From: Nonlabens ponticola
GTDB taxonomy: Bacteria; Bacteroidota; Bacteroidia; Flavobacteriales; Flavobacteriaceae
DNA length: 32,000 bases
NCBI RefSeq assembly: GCF_003966335.1
Contig: NZ_CP034549.1
Location: 2,220,001-2,252,000, forward strand
Direction of reading: 5' to 3'
Shown piece after piece: positions 7,593-16,939 of the stretch (within the stretch, counting starts at the first letter, position 1; the number at the start of each line of letters is the position of its first letter). The position numbers and the translations under genes are program-made. The notes below the pieces were generated by a model. The model worked only from the letters and a program-made list of their open reading frames with translations. It made no database searches and was not told where the DNA came from.

Positions 7593-8501
7593 GTGGAACA
7601 AATCCTGCAAATAACCAATCTTTCCAAACATTACGGCGCTCTCAAAGCGGTCGATGATGTGAGCTTTACCATTGAAAAAGGCCATGTTTATGGCATATTA
7701 GGACCTAATGGTAGTGGTAAATCTACCACGCTGGGCATGGTGCTTAATGTCGTGAATCCTACTAGTGGTGATTATCAATGGTTTGGTGGTGGCGTGAGTA
7801 ATCACGATGCGCTCAAGAGAATTGGTGCGATCATCGAGCGCCCTAATTTTTATCCCAGTATGGATGCGGTGCAAAATCTCAAACTTGTTTGCAAGATTAA
7901 AAATATTACCACTGATAAAATTAATGAGAAACTAGAGTTGGTGGGTTTGCTTTCGCGAAAGCATAGTCCCTTTAAAACATACTCGTTAGGTATGAAGCAG
8001 CGTCTTGCCATTGCAAGTGCCTTGCTCAATGATCCTGAAATACTAATTCTTGATGAGCCTACTAATGGGCTGGATCCACAAGGAATACGTGCTATACGTG
8101 ATTTGATACAGCATATCTCGAGTAATGGCACCACCATATTGCTTGCCTCACACCTACTCGACGAGGTAGAAAAAGTATGTTCTCATGTAATCGTATTGCG
8201 TCAAGGAAATATGCTGTACAGCGGGCCAGTTGACGAGATGAATAGCACGCACGGCACCATCCTTATTGATGCGTCAGATCGTGGTGGCTTGAAATATTTT
8301 ATAAGCCAGCAATCGTACGCTGGAAGTATAGAAGAACTAGTCGATGGGTTTGAAGTAATGCTTTTGAGCGACATCGACACAGCGCAAGTCAATAAAGACG
8401 CTGTACAAGCAGGAATTTATCTCAACAAGTTGCTGTTAAAAAAACAGAGCCTTGAAGATCAATTCATTGAATTAACCAACAACCAACCACAAGCATCATG
8501 A
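7593..8501 (+). CDS. ABC transporter ATP-binding protein (ABC-2/DrrA-like, with a C-terminal extra domain)
   Basis: The gene has a GTG start. Motifs are Walker A GPNGSGKST, Q-loop, signature YSLGMKQRL, Walker B ILILDEPTNGLD and H-loop LLASHLL. Confidence 0.9.
   Translation: MEQILQITNLSKHYGALKAVDDVSFTIEKGHVYGILGPNGSGKSTTLGMVLNVVNPTSGDYQWFGGGVSNHDALKRIGAIIERPNFYPSMDAVQNLKLVCKIKNITTDKINEKLELVGLLSRKHSPFKTYSLGMKQRLAIASALLNDPEILILDEPTNGLDPQGIRAIRDLIQHISSNGTTILLASHLLDEVEKVCSHVIVLRQGNMLYSGPVDEMNSTHGTILIDASDRGGLKYFISQQSYAGSIEELVDGFEVMLLSDIDTAQVNKDAVQAGIYLNKLLLKKQSLEDQFIELTNNQPQAS
7949..7962. repeat. Exact palindrome GCTTTCGCGAAAGC, copy 3 (inside the ABC ATPase CDS, encodes LLSRKH)
   Basis: Direct read: tttGCTTTCGCGAAAGCata. 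Confidence 0.95.
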
Positions 8502-9340
8502 TTAGATTATTAGATATAGAATTTCATAAATTCAGGAATAGCCGCAGTAGTAAGGTATTAACGATCATTTACCTGTGTATCGTCGTGTTAATGATGCTCA
8601 CTGGAATCATACGCTTAGAGTTCAATGGTTTCAGTGGTAGTTTTTCAGATTTGGGAATTTTCAATTTCCCACTAGTATGGCACATAAGTACTTATTTCAC
8701 TAGTTTCTTAAAAATTTTCATAGCTATTGTGATCGTATCACTCACGGCAAGTGAATACAGTAACCGTACTATAAAACAAAATTTAATTGATGGACTGAGT
8801 AAGAAAGAATTGATACTCTCAAAATTCTATCTAGCACTCGCGCTTACGGTAGCTGTGACCGTGGTGGTCTTTTTTGCGTCTTTAATTCTAGGATTGATTT
8901 ATAGCGACTACAACGAGATTGGGATCATATTTAGCGATCTACATTTCATGCTGGCGTTTTTTGTAAGTCATCTAGTGTTTTTCTGTTTTTGTTTATTTGC
9001 TGGTATATTGGTAAAGCGCAGTGCGTTTGCACTAGGTTTAATATTTGTTTGGTTCATTTTTGAAAGCGTTCTTAATCTAATCGCAATGGGTCTAGACAAA
9101 TACTACACGCTTAACATAGGTGACTACTTGGATCACATACTGCCTCTCAATGCTATGTCTAATTTAATTAAGCAACCGTTTACAAGATTAGAGCTTGTCA
9201 ACTCGACAATTAATCAGACTAATATTGAAGGATTGAACTTTGAATACCAAATTGAATGGCTAGACGTTCTATCAGTAACTATATGGAGTTTCTTGTTCAT
9301 TTACTGGTCATATCTATTGCTCAAGCGCAGAGATTTATAA
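8498..9340 (+). CDS. ABC-2 type transporter permease
   Basis: The ATG overlaps the ATPase stop (ATGA at 8498-8501). The 280-aa protein has about 6 hydrophobic helices, with a large loop after TM1 typical of ABC-2 permeases. Confidence 0.75.
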   Translation: MIRLLDIEFHKFRNSRSSKVLTIIYLCIVVLMMLTGIIRLEFNGFSGSFSDLGIFNFPLVWHISTYFTSFLKIFIAIVIVSLTASEYSNRTIKQNLIDGLSKKELILSKFYLALALTVAVTVVVFFASLILGLIYSDYNEIGIIFSDLHFMLAFFVSHLVFFCFCLFAGILVKRSAFALGLIFVWFIFESVLNLIAMGLDKYYTLNIGDYLDHILPLNAMSNLIKQPFTRLELVNSTINQTNIEGLNFEYQIEWLDVLSVTIWSFLFIYWSYLLLKRRDL

Positions 9341-9363
9341 GTTCTAACGATTAAATTTGCTGC

Positions 9364-12300
9364 ATGATAAAACAATTCTGGATTGCAGTGGTCGTCGTTG
9401 TTTTAGGAAGTCAAATTGGACTTGCCCAGCTTGAGGCATCTAATTGGTATTTTGGTGACGAGGCTGGATTGAATTTTGATCCTAATACAGGCGCTGTTAC
9501 TGCCCTTACAGATGGCCGCCTGCAAACTGATGAAGGCTGTGCTACTATATCTGATAGTGATGGTAACTTGCTTTTTTACACAGATGGTATCGTCGTCTAC
9601 AACCGTAATCATAGAATCATGCCTCGCGGTGCTGGCCTTAAGGGTGACCCATCGAGTACACAAAGTGCTATAATTATACCCAAACCCGGAGATCCTGATA
9701 TTTATTACATTTTTACGGTAGATACCCGTGCAGCTGGAGGTGAAGATTCAGGACTACATTACTATATTGTTGATATGACTCTAGAAGGTGGTCTAGGTGA
9801 TGTAACGACTTCTATTCGCAATCCACCGAATTTAATACGACGATGCTCTGAAAAAATTAGCGCTATCACCTCTAGATCCGGCGACAAAATTTTTGTCGTA
9901 GGATATGCAGGAAATAATGAAAATGACTCTGTTTTTGATACCTTCTATAGTTTTGAAGTAACCAATATTGGTGTAAATGAAACACCCAATAAATTTACTG
10001 TCACGAGCCAAGTGGGCGATATAAGAGGTTATCTCAAGTTCTCACCTGATGGTGAATTGCTCGCCAGCGCAAACATGACTGGCGGCACATTTATTTATGA
10101 TTTTGATGATCAGACAGGTGCAATAAGTAATGAACGAGAATTGACACTTACCGCTCCTAACGATAAAGGATATGGTGTTGAATTCTCACCTAGCAGTGAG
10201 TTTTTATATGTGACAGGAACTAATGACTTCAACGACCCGAGAAGTGTTGATCCAAATGACCATACAGCAACTCTCTATCAATTTGACGTTAGTACCGTCA
10301 CACCACAGTTAGTAACCACTCTTTATGACGGTAACGGCTATCGCGGTGCGCTGCAATTAGGTATAGACAGTCGCATCTATTACGCACTGTCAGAAAGTTA
10401 CCCAAATGGTTTAACAAGTTTAGGGGTTATAAATAGTCCTGATCTAGGTGGTACGTTTGCAGACTATGATCATGAAGCTATTCCATTGTCTGGAAGAAGA
10501 TCGCGTCAAGGATTACCTCCATTTATACAAAGCTTTTTTGCTTTAATTCAAGCGGAAAACCTGTGTTTTGGTGATGATACTGAATTTTCATTTGAAACTA
10601 ATGAAACACCAAGCTTTGTAGAATGGGATTTTGGTGATGGTACTACTTCCAATGATTTAGAACCGACTCACGTTTATGGTGCCGTTGGGACTTATGAAGT
10701 TACACTCACCTTAACAATAGATAGAAATACACGTACGTATAACAAAACTATAGAAATATACGAGGTACCTGTGGCAAATCCAGCGACTGATCTCATTGCA
10801 TGTGATAGTGACAATGATGGTAGCGTAATTTTTGATTTTACAGAAACCACAAATGAGATTCTAGCATCACAAGATCGTGCGACTACTGGCATTAGGTATT
10901 TCCTATCTCAAGCAGATGCCAATACAGGAACAAATGTTATTACCAGTCCTTATACATTAAATCTACCAACACAAGAGATTGTTGCACGTGTGGACAATAG
11001 AAATAATACCGATTGCTTTGACACCACAACATTCCAGCTATCTCAATTTGCCCAACCTGTCGCAAATCCTGCAGATGATCTAGAAGCATGTGATGATAAC
11101 TTTGATGGCATCGAGACTTTCGATCTGGACTCTCAGCGTGATGATATTTTACTTAATCAAGATCCTGCAGACTTTCAAGTAGATTTCTTTGACTCGTTAG
11201 CAAATGCACAGTCAAATACTAATCCACTGCCAGATTCTTACAGAAATACGAGAGCATTTAGTCAGACCATCTATGTTAGAGTCACAAATAATAACGAGGG
11301 TAGCTGCGTGGATACAAGTACCACATTTGATTTAATAGTTCAGGAACGCCCAGTTGCCGTCAACTTTGATGCCTTTCAATGCGATGAAGACGGCATAGCA
11401 GACAACCGCACCAGCTTCAACCTTTCGAGCTTTAATCAGTCTATTGCAAACGGTCGTACAGATGTGACGGTAGATTATTTTCTCACCCAAAATGATGCAG
11501 ACAATGACCGGTCAGAGCTTGATGATCGTGAATACAACAATATAGCTCCATCACAACGCATAATTGCCCGTGTGACTGATAATAGTACTGGTTGTTCCAA
11601 CACTTCAACGGTAACATTATCAGTAAGCGCCAGTGATGCTCAGGATACACAAGTTGAAGTTTGTGACGATGATGGATTAGAAGATGGCTTATACCTTTTC
11701 AATTTAAGGAATATTGATGATGATGTTCTTGTAAATGCTCCAAGTGATGTTACCGTTAATTACTATGAAACACTAGATGATGCTCTCGCAGAATTTAACG
11801 CCTTACCAGATAATTATCAAACCACAATGCCTGAGCAACAAGTAATTTATGCTAGAGCAGAATCTCCTGACGGTAATTGCTTTGGAATAAGCGAGGTGAC
11901 ATTGATAGTCAATCCACTGCCACAACTTCAAAGGACTGAAGATGTGGAATACTGTGGTAATGATATACGACCGGTGACCATTGATGCTGGTGATTTACAA
12001 GTCGATCAAAACGATCTACAATATCAATGGAGTACTGGAGAGACGACCTACAGCATTGATGTACGAGAAGGTGGCGATTATACGGTTATTGCAACTAACA
12101 GCAACGGCTGTTCACAGCAGCGCGTGGTAACAGTCATCATCAGTGAACCGGCAACCATTGATCGCATTGAAATTATTAATGCTAACGGCGGCGCCACAGG
12201 AAGTGCCACCGTATTTGCAAGTGGACGTGGTGATTATGCTTACCGGATTAGTGAGGATCAAGTATTTACAAGTTCTACCATTTTTGAAAATTTGAGACCA

Positions 12301-12630
12301 GGAATCTACACACTTGAGGTGACAGATCTCAATGGCTGTGGATCAACATTTGAAACGTTCAACGTTGTAGGCTACCCTAGATTTTTCACGCCCAATGCTG
12401 ATGGATTCAACGACACATGGCAACTTGATGGCGTCTCGGCAAACTTTGAACCAGATGCGACCACCTATATATTTGATAGGTATGGTAAACTTCTCAAGGA
12501 ATTAATTCCTGGAGAAGGCGGTTGGGATGGCACGCTGGATGGTGAACCGCTACCTAGTACAGATTATTGGTTCAAAGCCACACTTACTGATGGCACCGAG
12601 TTCTCAGCGCATTTCGCACTCAAAAGATAA
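9364..12630 (+). CDS. Large secreted surface protein with a PKD domain, four ~95-aa Cys/Asp-rich repeats and a T9SS type-B C-terminal sorting domain
   Basis: The signal peptide is MIKQFWIAVVVVVLGSQIGLAQ. The PKD signature is WDFGDGTTS...HVY...GTYEVTLT (about nt 10555-10764). The C-terminus FFTPNADGFNDTW...YIFDRYGKLL....WDG......LP..DYWF fits the gliding-motility-associated/T9SS type-B CTD. Confidence 0.85.
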   Translation: MIKQFWIAVVVVVLGSQIGLAQLEASNWYFGDEAGLNFDPNTGAVTALTDGRLQTDEGCATISDSDGNLLFYTDGIVVYNRNHRIMPRGAGLKGDPSSTQSAIIIPKPGDPDIYYIFTVDTRAAGGEDSGLHYYIVDMTLEGGLGDVTTSIRNPPNLIRRCSEKISAITSRSGDKIFVVGYAGNNENDSVFDTFYSFEVTNIGVNETPNKFTVTSQVGDIRGYLKFSPDGELLASANMTGGTFIYDFDDQTGAISNERELTLTAPNDKGYGVEFSPSSEFLYVTGTNDFNDPRSVDPNDHTATLYQFDVSTVTPQLVTTLYDGNGYRGALQLGIDSRIYYALSESYPNGLTSLGVINSPDLGGTFADYDHEAIPLSGRRSRQGLPPFIQSFFALIQAENLCFGDDTEFSFETNETPSFVEWDFGDGTTSNDLEPTHVYGAVGTYEVTLTLTIDRNTRTYNKTIEIYEVPVANPATDLIACDSDNDGSVIFDFTETTNEILASQDRATTGIRYFLSQADANTGTNVITSPYTLNLPTQEIVARVDNRNNTDCFDTTTFQLSQFAQPVANPADDLEACDDNFDGIETFDLDSQRDDILLNQDPADFQVDFFDSLANAQSNTNPLPDSYRNTRAFSQTIYVRVTNNNEGSCVDTSTTFDLIVQERPVAVNFDAFQCDEDGIADNRTSFNLSSFNQSIANGRTDVTVDYFLTQNDADNDRSELDDREYNNIAPSQRIIARVTDNSTGCSNTSTVTLSVSASDAQDTQVEVCDDDGLEDGLYLFNLRNIDDDVLVNAPSDVTVNYYETLDDALAEFNALPDNYQTTMPEQQVIYARAESPDGNCFGISEVTLIVNPLPQLQRTEDVEYCGNDIRPVTIDAGDLQVDQNDLQYQWSTGETTYSIDVREGGDYTVIATNSNGCSQQRVVTVIISEPATIDRIEIINANGGATGSATVFASGRGDYAYRISEDQVFTSSTIFENLRPGIYTLEVTDLNGCGSTFETFNVVGYPRFFTPNADGFNDTWQLDGVSANFEPDATTYIFDRYGKLLKELIPGEGGWDGTLDGEPLPSTDYWFKATLTDGTEFSAHFALKR

Positions 12631-12660
12631 TTTGCTGTAAGAAAGACTTTTGATAGTTAC

Positions 12661-12674
12661 GCTTTCGCGAAAGC
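12661..12674. repeat. Exact palindrome GCTTTCGCGAAAGC, copy 4 (intergenic, 31 nt after the T9SS gene stop)
   Basis: Direct read: ttacGCTTTCGCGAAAGCaaaa. Confidence 0.95.
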
Positions 12675-12795
12675 AAAATAGCCTAACAAATAAGTGGTAA
12701 ATAAACAACTATTTGCCTCTTACTTTCTTCCTGACAAGTGTGCTACCTGCATCTTTTCCAAGATCACGCAAACGTTGTAAATTTAACATAATTAC

Positions 12796-12807
12796 TATGC
12801 ATGCATA
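12796..12807. promoter_or_regulatory. Perfect 12-bp palindrome TATGCATGCATA, candidate operator of the fad-operon MarR regulator
   Basis: Direct read. It lies 12 nt upstream of a TAnnTTTG box and 29 nt upstream of the ATG at 12836. Confidence 0.35.
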
Positions 12808-12818
12808 ATACTTTTTGT

Positions 12819-12826
12819 TATATTTG
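12819..12826 (+). promoter_or_regulatory. Candidate -7 box TATATTTG for the MarR-fad operon
   Basis: The sequence matches TAnnTTTG and ends 10 nt before the ATG at 12836. This argues against the upstream TTG start at 12815. Confidence 0.35.
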
Positions 12827-12835
12827 AATTACCGT

Positions 12836-13294
12836 ATGAGAGATAAAACGATAGATTATGTGTTGCGCAGTACATGGATGGCTGTTGCCAAAATGTACAA
12901 CGAGCAAGCTGGTACAAAAAACAGCACCATGGCAACTGGCTTTGCACTCATAAGCATTGATCATGAAGATGGTACACCTAGTACGGCGCTAGGACCTAAA
13001 ATGGGAATGGAAGCCACTTCCCTATCGCGCACGCTTAAAGGAATGGAAGAAAAAGGATTGATCACGAGATCTAGAAATCCTGAAGATGGCCGCAGCGTTT
13101 TAATACACCTAACAGACTATGGCAAGGAGATGCGCGAGTTTTCTAAAAGTGTCGTTAAAACCTTTGACAATGCGGTTAAAGAAAAGATTTCAGCAGAAAA
13201 ATTAAGTACCTTTCTGGAGGTGGCACAGCATATTCATGATCTGGTCAACTCTAAGAATATATACAAACAAAAACACGTACAAGTAGAAAACTAA
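12836..13294 (+). CDS. MarR-family transcriptional regulator (first gene of the beta-oxidation operon)
   Basis: I prefer the ATG at 12836 over the TTG at 12815. The winged-helix pattern is MEATSLSRTLKGMEEKGLITRSRNPEDGRSVLIHLTDYG. The stop lies 1 nt before the next start. Confidence 0.8.
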   Translation: MRDKTIDYVLRSTWMAVAKMYNEQAGTKNSTMATGFALISIDHEDGTPSTALGPKMGMEATSLSRTLKGMEEKGLITRSRNPEDGRSVLIHLTDYGKEMREFSKSVVKTFDNAVKEKISAEKLSTFLEVAQHIHDLVNSKNIYKQKHVQVEN

Positions 13295-13295
13295 T

Positions 13296-15704
13296 ATGGG
13301 AAAACGTAGAATCAAACACGTAACCGTCATAGGTTCTGGTATTATGGGTAGCGGTATCGCTTGCCATTTTGCTAACATAGGTTGCGAGGTGCTCCTACTG
13401 GACATCGTTCCTAGAGAACTTAACGATAAGGAAAAAGCAAAAGGATTGTCACTACAAGACAAAGTCGTGCGCAACCGCATGGTTGATGAGAATCTTGCCG
13501 CCGCCATTAAAAGTAATCCAGCGCCGCTTTATAAAAAGTCATTTGCTAACAGAATCTCAACTGGTAATCTTGAGGACGATTTGTCTAAAATCAAAAATAC
13601 CGACTGGATCATTGAGGTAGTCGTTGAAAGACTTGACATTAAAAAGTCAGTTTTTGAGCAGATTGAAAAGCACCGCAAGCCAGGAACACTAATCACGTCA
13701 AACACCTCTGGAATTCCTATCCAGTTTATGAATGAAGGTCGCAGCGAGGATTTCCGTAAGCACTTTGCAGTGACACACTTCTTTAATCCACCACGTTACC
13801 TCAAGTTATTTGAGGTTGTTCCAGGTCCAGATTGTGATCAGGAAGTGACCGATTTCTTGATGCACTATGGTGAGAAATTTTTGGGAAAGACATCTGTTCT
13901 TGCAAAGGACACTCCAGCATTTATTGGTAACCGCGTTGGTATTTTCTCTATCCAGAGTCTATTTCACACCGTTAAGGAAATGGGACTTACCGTTTCTGAG
14001 GTTGATAAATTAACCGGACCTGTGATAGGTAGACCTAAGTCGGCTACATTCAGAACGGTTGATGTTGTCGGTCTTGATACCTTAGTACATGTAGCTAATG
14101 GTGTATATGAAAACGCGCCTGAAGACGAGCATAGAGATACCTTCAAATTGCCAACTTTCATCGACACGATGATGCAAAACAAGTGGCTAGGAAGTAAATC
14201 TGGTCAAGGTTTCTACAAAAAAGTAAAAGGTAAAGATGGTAAGAGTGAAATTCACGGTCTCAACCTAGATACCATGGAATACGCCTTGGAGCCTAGAGCC
14301 AAGTTTGCGACATTGGAAATGACCAAAACTATTGATCATGTACCAGATCGTTTTCCAGTCTTAATTAAAGGAAAAGACAAAGCAGGTGAGTTTTACCGCA
14401 AGAGTTTTGCGTCATTATTTGCTTATGTCCAACATAGAATCCCAGAAATATCAGACGAGTTATACCGTATTGATGATGCGATGTGCGCAGGTTTTGGATG
14501 GGAAAACGGACCATTTGAGATTTGGGATGCCATAGGCATTCAAAAAGGTATGGACCTCATTAAAGAAATAGGAAAAGAGCCAGCTTCATGGGTTACTGAA
14601 ATGCTCGAAAAAGGTTTTGACTCTTTCTACACAGTCAAAGACGGTGCGACATACTACTACTCTATTCCGGATAAGGATTACGTCAAGAAACTAGGTCAGG
14701 ATAGCGTGATCATACTAGATAACATTAGAAAGTCTCAGGAAATCTGGAGCAATTCTGGTGTATCCATTCAAGATCTGGGTGATGGTATCATCAACTGTGA
14801 GTTCCGTTCTAAGATGAACTCAATTGGTGGTGATGTGCTAGCAGGTGTGAATAAAGCACTTGATCTTGCAGAAGAACGCTATGATGGATTAGTAATTGCT
14901 AATCAAGGTGCAAACTTCTCTGTTGGTGCAAACATTGGTATGATATTTATGATGGCTGTTGAGCAAGAATATGACGAGCTCAATATGGCAGTAGCTCAAT
15001 TCCAGAATACCTGTATGAGATTGCGCTATTCCAGCATTCCAACGGTGGTAGCACCGCAACAAATGACGTTAGGTGGTGGTTGTGAAATGTCATTACATGC
15101 AGATGCTGTCGTGGCACACGCAGAGACTTACATCGGTCTTGTTGAATTCGGTGTTGGACTGATCCCTGGTGGTGGAGGTTCTAAAGAAATGACCTTGAGA
15201 GCCGCTAAAGGATTTGGAACTGGTGATGTAGAATTGAATCGTTTGAGAGAATATTTCTTGACCATCGGTCAGGCTAAAGTTGCGACAAGTGCACACGAGG
15301 CATACGATTTAGGAATATTAGAACACGGTAAGGACAAAGTGGTTGTGAACGCAGCGCATCAAATCGCAGCAGCAAAAGCTGAAGCTAGAATGTTAGCAGA
15401 CATGGGCTACACTCAGCCGCCACCGAATAGGAATATTAAGGTGTTAGGTCAACAGGCGCTCGGAATGTTCTTGGTAGGAACAGACGCTATGGAAGCTGGA
15501 AAATACATCAGCGAGCATGATAAGAAGATTGCCAATAAGCTAGCATATGTTATGGCTGGTGGTGACTTGAGTCAAGCACAAGAAGTGTCAGAGCAATACT
15601 TACTAGATCTAGAAAGAGAAGCTTTCTTAAGTCTAACAGGTGAGCGCAAAACATTGGAACGCTTGCAGCACATGTTGCAAAAAGGAAAACCTCTAAGAAA
15701 CTAA
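13296..15704 (+). CDS. fadN: Bifunctional 3-hydroxyacyl-CoA dehydrogenase / enoyl-CoA hydratase (FadN-type domain order: dehydrogenase at the N-terminus, crotonase-fold at the C-terminus)
   Basis: The N-terminal Rossmann motif is VTVIGSGIMGSGIA, and the 3HCDH blocks are TSNTSGIP and HFFNPPRYLKL.E. The C-terminal half is crotonase-like (ANQGANFSVGANIG, GGGCEMSLHAD, GLIPGGGGS). At 802 aa it is similar in size and operon context to Bacillus subtilis fadN-fadA-fadE. Confidence 0.9.
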   Translation: MGKRRIKHVTVIGSGIMGSGIACHFANIGCEVLLLDIVPRELNDKEKAKGLSLQDKVVRNRMVDENLAAAIKSNPAPLYKKSFANRISTGNLEDDLSKIKNTDWIIEVVVERLDIKKSVFEQIEKHRKPGTLITSNTSGIPIQFMNEGRSEDFRKHFAVTHFFNPPRYLKLFEVVPGPDCDQEVTDFLMHYGEKFLGKTSVLAKDTPAFIGNRVGIFSIQSLFHTVKEMGLTVSEVDKLTGPVIGRPKSATFRTVDVVGLDTLVHVANGVYENAPEDEHRDTFKLPTFIDTMMQNKWLGSKSGQGFYKKVKGKDGKSEIHGLNLDTMEYALEPRAKFATLEMTKTIDHVPDRFPVLIKGKDKAGEFYRKSFASLFAYVQHRIPEISDELYRIDDAMCAGFGWENGPFEIWDAIGIQKGMDLIKEIGKEPASWVTEMLEKGFDSFYTVKDGATYYYSIPDKDYVKKLGQDSVIILDNIRKSQEIWSNSGVSIQDLGDGIINCEFRSKMNSIGGDVLAGVNKALDLAEERYDGLVIANQGANFSVGANIGMIFMMAVEQEYDELNMAVAQFQNTCMRLRYSSIPTVVAPQQMTLGGGCEMSLHADAVVAHAETYIGLVEFGVGLIPGGGGSKEMTLRAAKGFGTGDVELNRLREYFLTIGQAKVATSAHEAYDLGILEHGKDKVVVNAAHQIAAAKAEARMLADMGYTQPPPNRNIKVLGQQALGMFLVGTDAMEAGKYISEHDKKIANKLAYVMAGGDLSQAQEVSEQYLLDLEREAFLSLTGERKTLERLQHMLQKGKPLRN

Positions 15705-15708
15705 GACA

Positions 15709-16902
15709 ATGAACAAAACAGCATATATAGTAGCCGCAAAAAGAACAGCGGTAGGAAAATCTGGAAGAGGCGTTTTTAGGTTCAAAAGACCTGATCAACT
15801 AGCTGCCGAGACCATTCAAGGAATGTTGAAGGATGTTCCTGATTTTGATAAAGGGCGCATAGACGACATGATCATAGGTAACGCAATGCCAGAAGCAGAA
15901 CAAGGGTTGAACATGGCGCGTCAGATTTCGTTATTAGCATTAGATCGTGTTGATGTTCCCGGAACAACCATTAATAGATGGTGTGCCTCAGGACTGGATG
16001 CCATCGCAGCTGGTGTGGCACGTATACAATCTGGTATGGCAGAATGTGTGGTAGCTGGTGGCGTTGAGAGCATGAGTTATGTACCTATGGGTGGTTACAA
16101 GCCTACACCAGATTACAAACTCGCCAAAGAAGGTCATGAAGACTACTATTGGGGAATGGGATTGACAGCCGAAGAAGTGGCTAATCAATACAATGTATCA
16201 CGTGAAGAGCAAGATCAGTTTGCGTATGAATCGCAAATGAAAGCACTCAAAGCTCAAGAAGAAGATCGTTTTCAGGATCAAATCGTACCAATTGAGGTAG
16301 AAGAAGTTTATTTAGATGAAAACGGCAAGAAACAAACACGCACTTATACTGTAACCAAAGATGAAGGACCACGTAAGGGAACTAATGTAGAGGCGCTGTC
16401 TAAGCTGCGTCCCGTATTTGCAGCTGGTGGTAGCGTTACCGCTGGTAATAGCTCGCAAACTAGTGATGGTGCCGCATTCACACTTATCATGAGTGAAGAA
16501 ATGGTCAATGAGCTGGGCATCAAGCCAATCGCAAAAATGGTCAGTTTCGCCGTTGCCGCAGTTGAGCCACGCATCATGGGTATCGCTCCTATCGAGGCGA
16601 TCCCAAAAGCATTGAAACAAGCTGGTCTCAAGAAAGAAGATATGGCACTTATTGAATTGAACGAGGCATTTGCCAGTCAATCAGTAGCCGTCGTACGTGA
16701 ATTAGATCTCAATAAAGAGGTCGTCAATGTCAACGGTGGTGCGATTGCCTTGGGCCATCCACTAGGTTGTACGGGCGCCAAATTATCGGTGCAAATCTTT
16801 GACGAGATGCGCAAACGTGGCAATCAAGGCAAGCACTGTATGGTCACCATGTGCGTTGGTACTGGTCAAGGAGCTGCAGGAATATTTGAATTTTTAAACT
16901 AA
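15709..16902 (+). CDS. fadA: Acetyl-CoA C-acyltransferase (3-ketoacyl-CoA thiolase)
   Basis: Thiolase signatures are present: the NRWCASGLDA active-site Cys, GNSSQTSDGAA, NEAFASQ, NVNGGAIALGHPLGCTGA and the CVGTGQG C-terminal Cys. Confidence 0.92.
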   Translation: MNKTAYIVAAKRTAVGKSGRGVFRFKRPDQLAAETIQGMLKDVPDFDKGRIDDMIIGNAMPEAEQGLNMARQISLLALDRVDVPGTTINRWCASGLDAIAAGVARIQSGMAECVVAGGVESMSYVPMGGYKPTPDYKLAKEGHEDYYWGMGLTAEEVANQYNVSREEQDQFAYESQMKALKAQEEDRFQDQIVPIEVEEVYLDENGKKQTRTYTVTKDEGPRKGTNVEALSKLRPVFAAGGSVTAGNSSQTSDGAAFTLIMSEEMVNELGIKPIAKMVSFAVAAVEPRIMGIAPIEAIPKALKQAGLKKEDMALIELNEAFASQSVAVVRELDLNKEVVNVNGGAIALGHPLGCTGAKLSVQIFDEMRKRGNQGKHCMVTMCVGTGQGAAGIFEFLN

Positions 16903-16906
16903 TTAC

Positions 16907-16920
16907 GCTTTCGCGAAAGC
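16907..16920. repeat. Exact palindrome GCTTTCGCGAAAGC, copy 5 (in the 37-nt fadA-fadE spacer)
   Basis: Direct read: ttacGCTTTCGCGAAAGCggaa, starting 5 nt after the fadA stop. Confidence 0.95.
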
Positions 16921-16939
16921 GGAATAACAACAACATATT

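Noticed and set aside
9352-9359. TAAATTTG, a match to the -7 promoter box, upstream of the T9SS protein gene.
   Set aside because: It ends only 4 nt before the ATG, so a transcript started from it would begin at or inside the start codon. Co-transcription with the ABC genes is more likely.
12815-12835. TTG-initiated N-terminal extensions proposed by the ORF track at 12815, 18978 and 22699.
   Set aside because: In each case an in-frame ATG follows within 1-10 codons. In two cases a TAnnTTTG promoter box lies at or after the TTG, making the extension unlikely to be transcribed.
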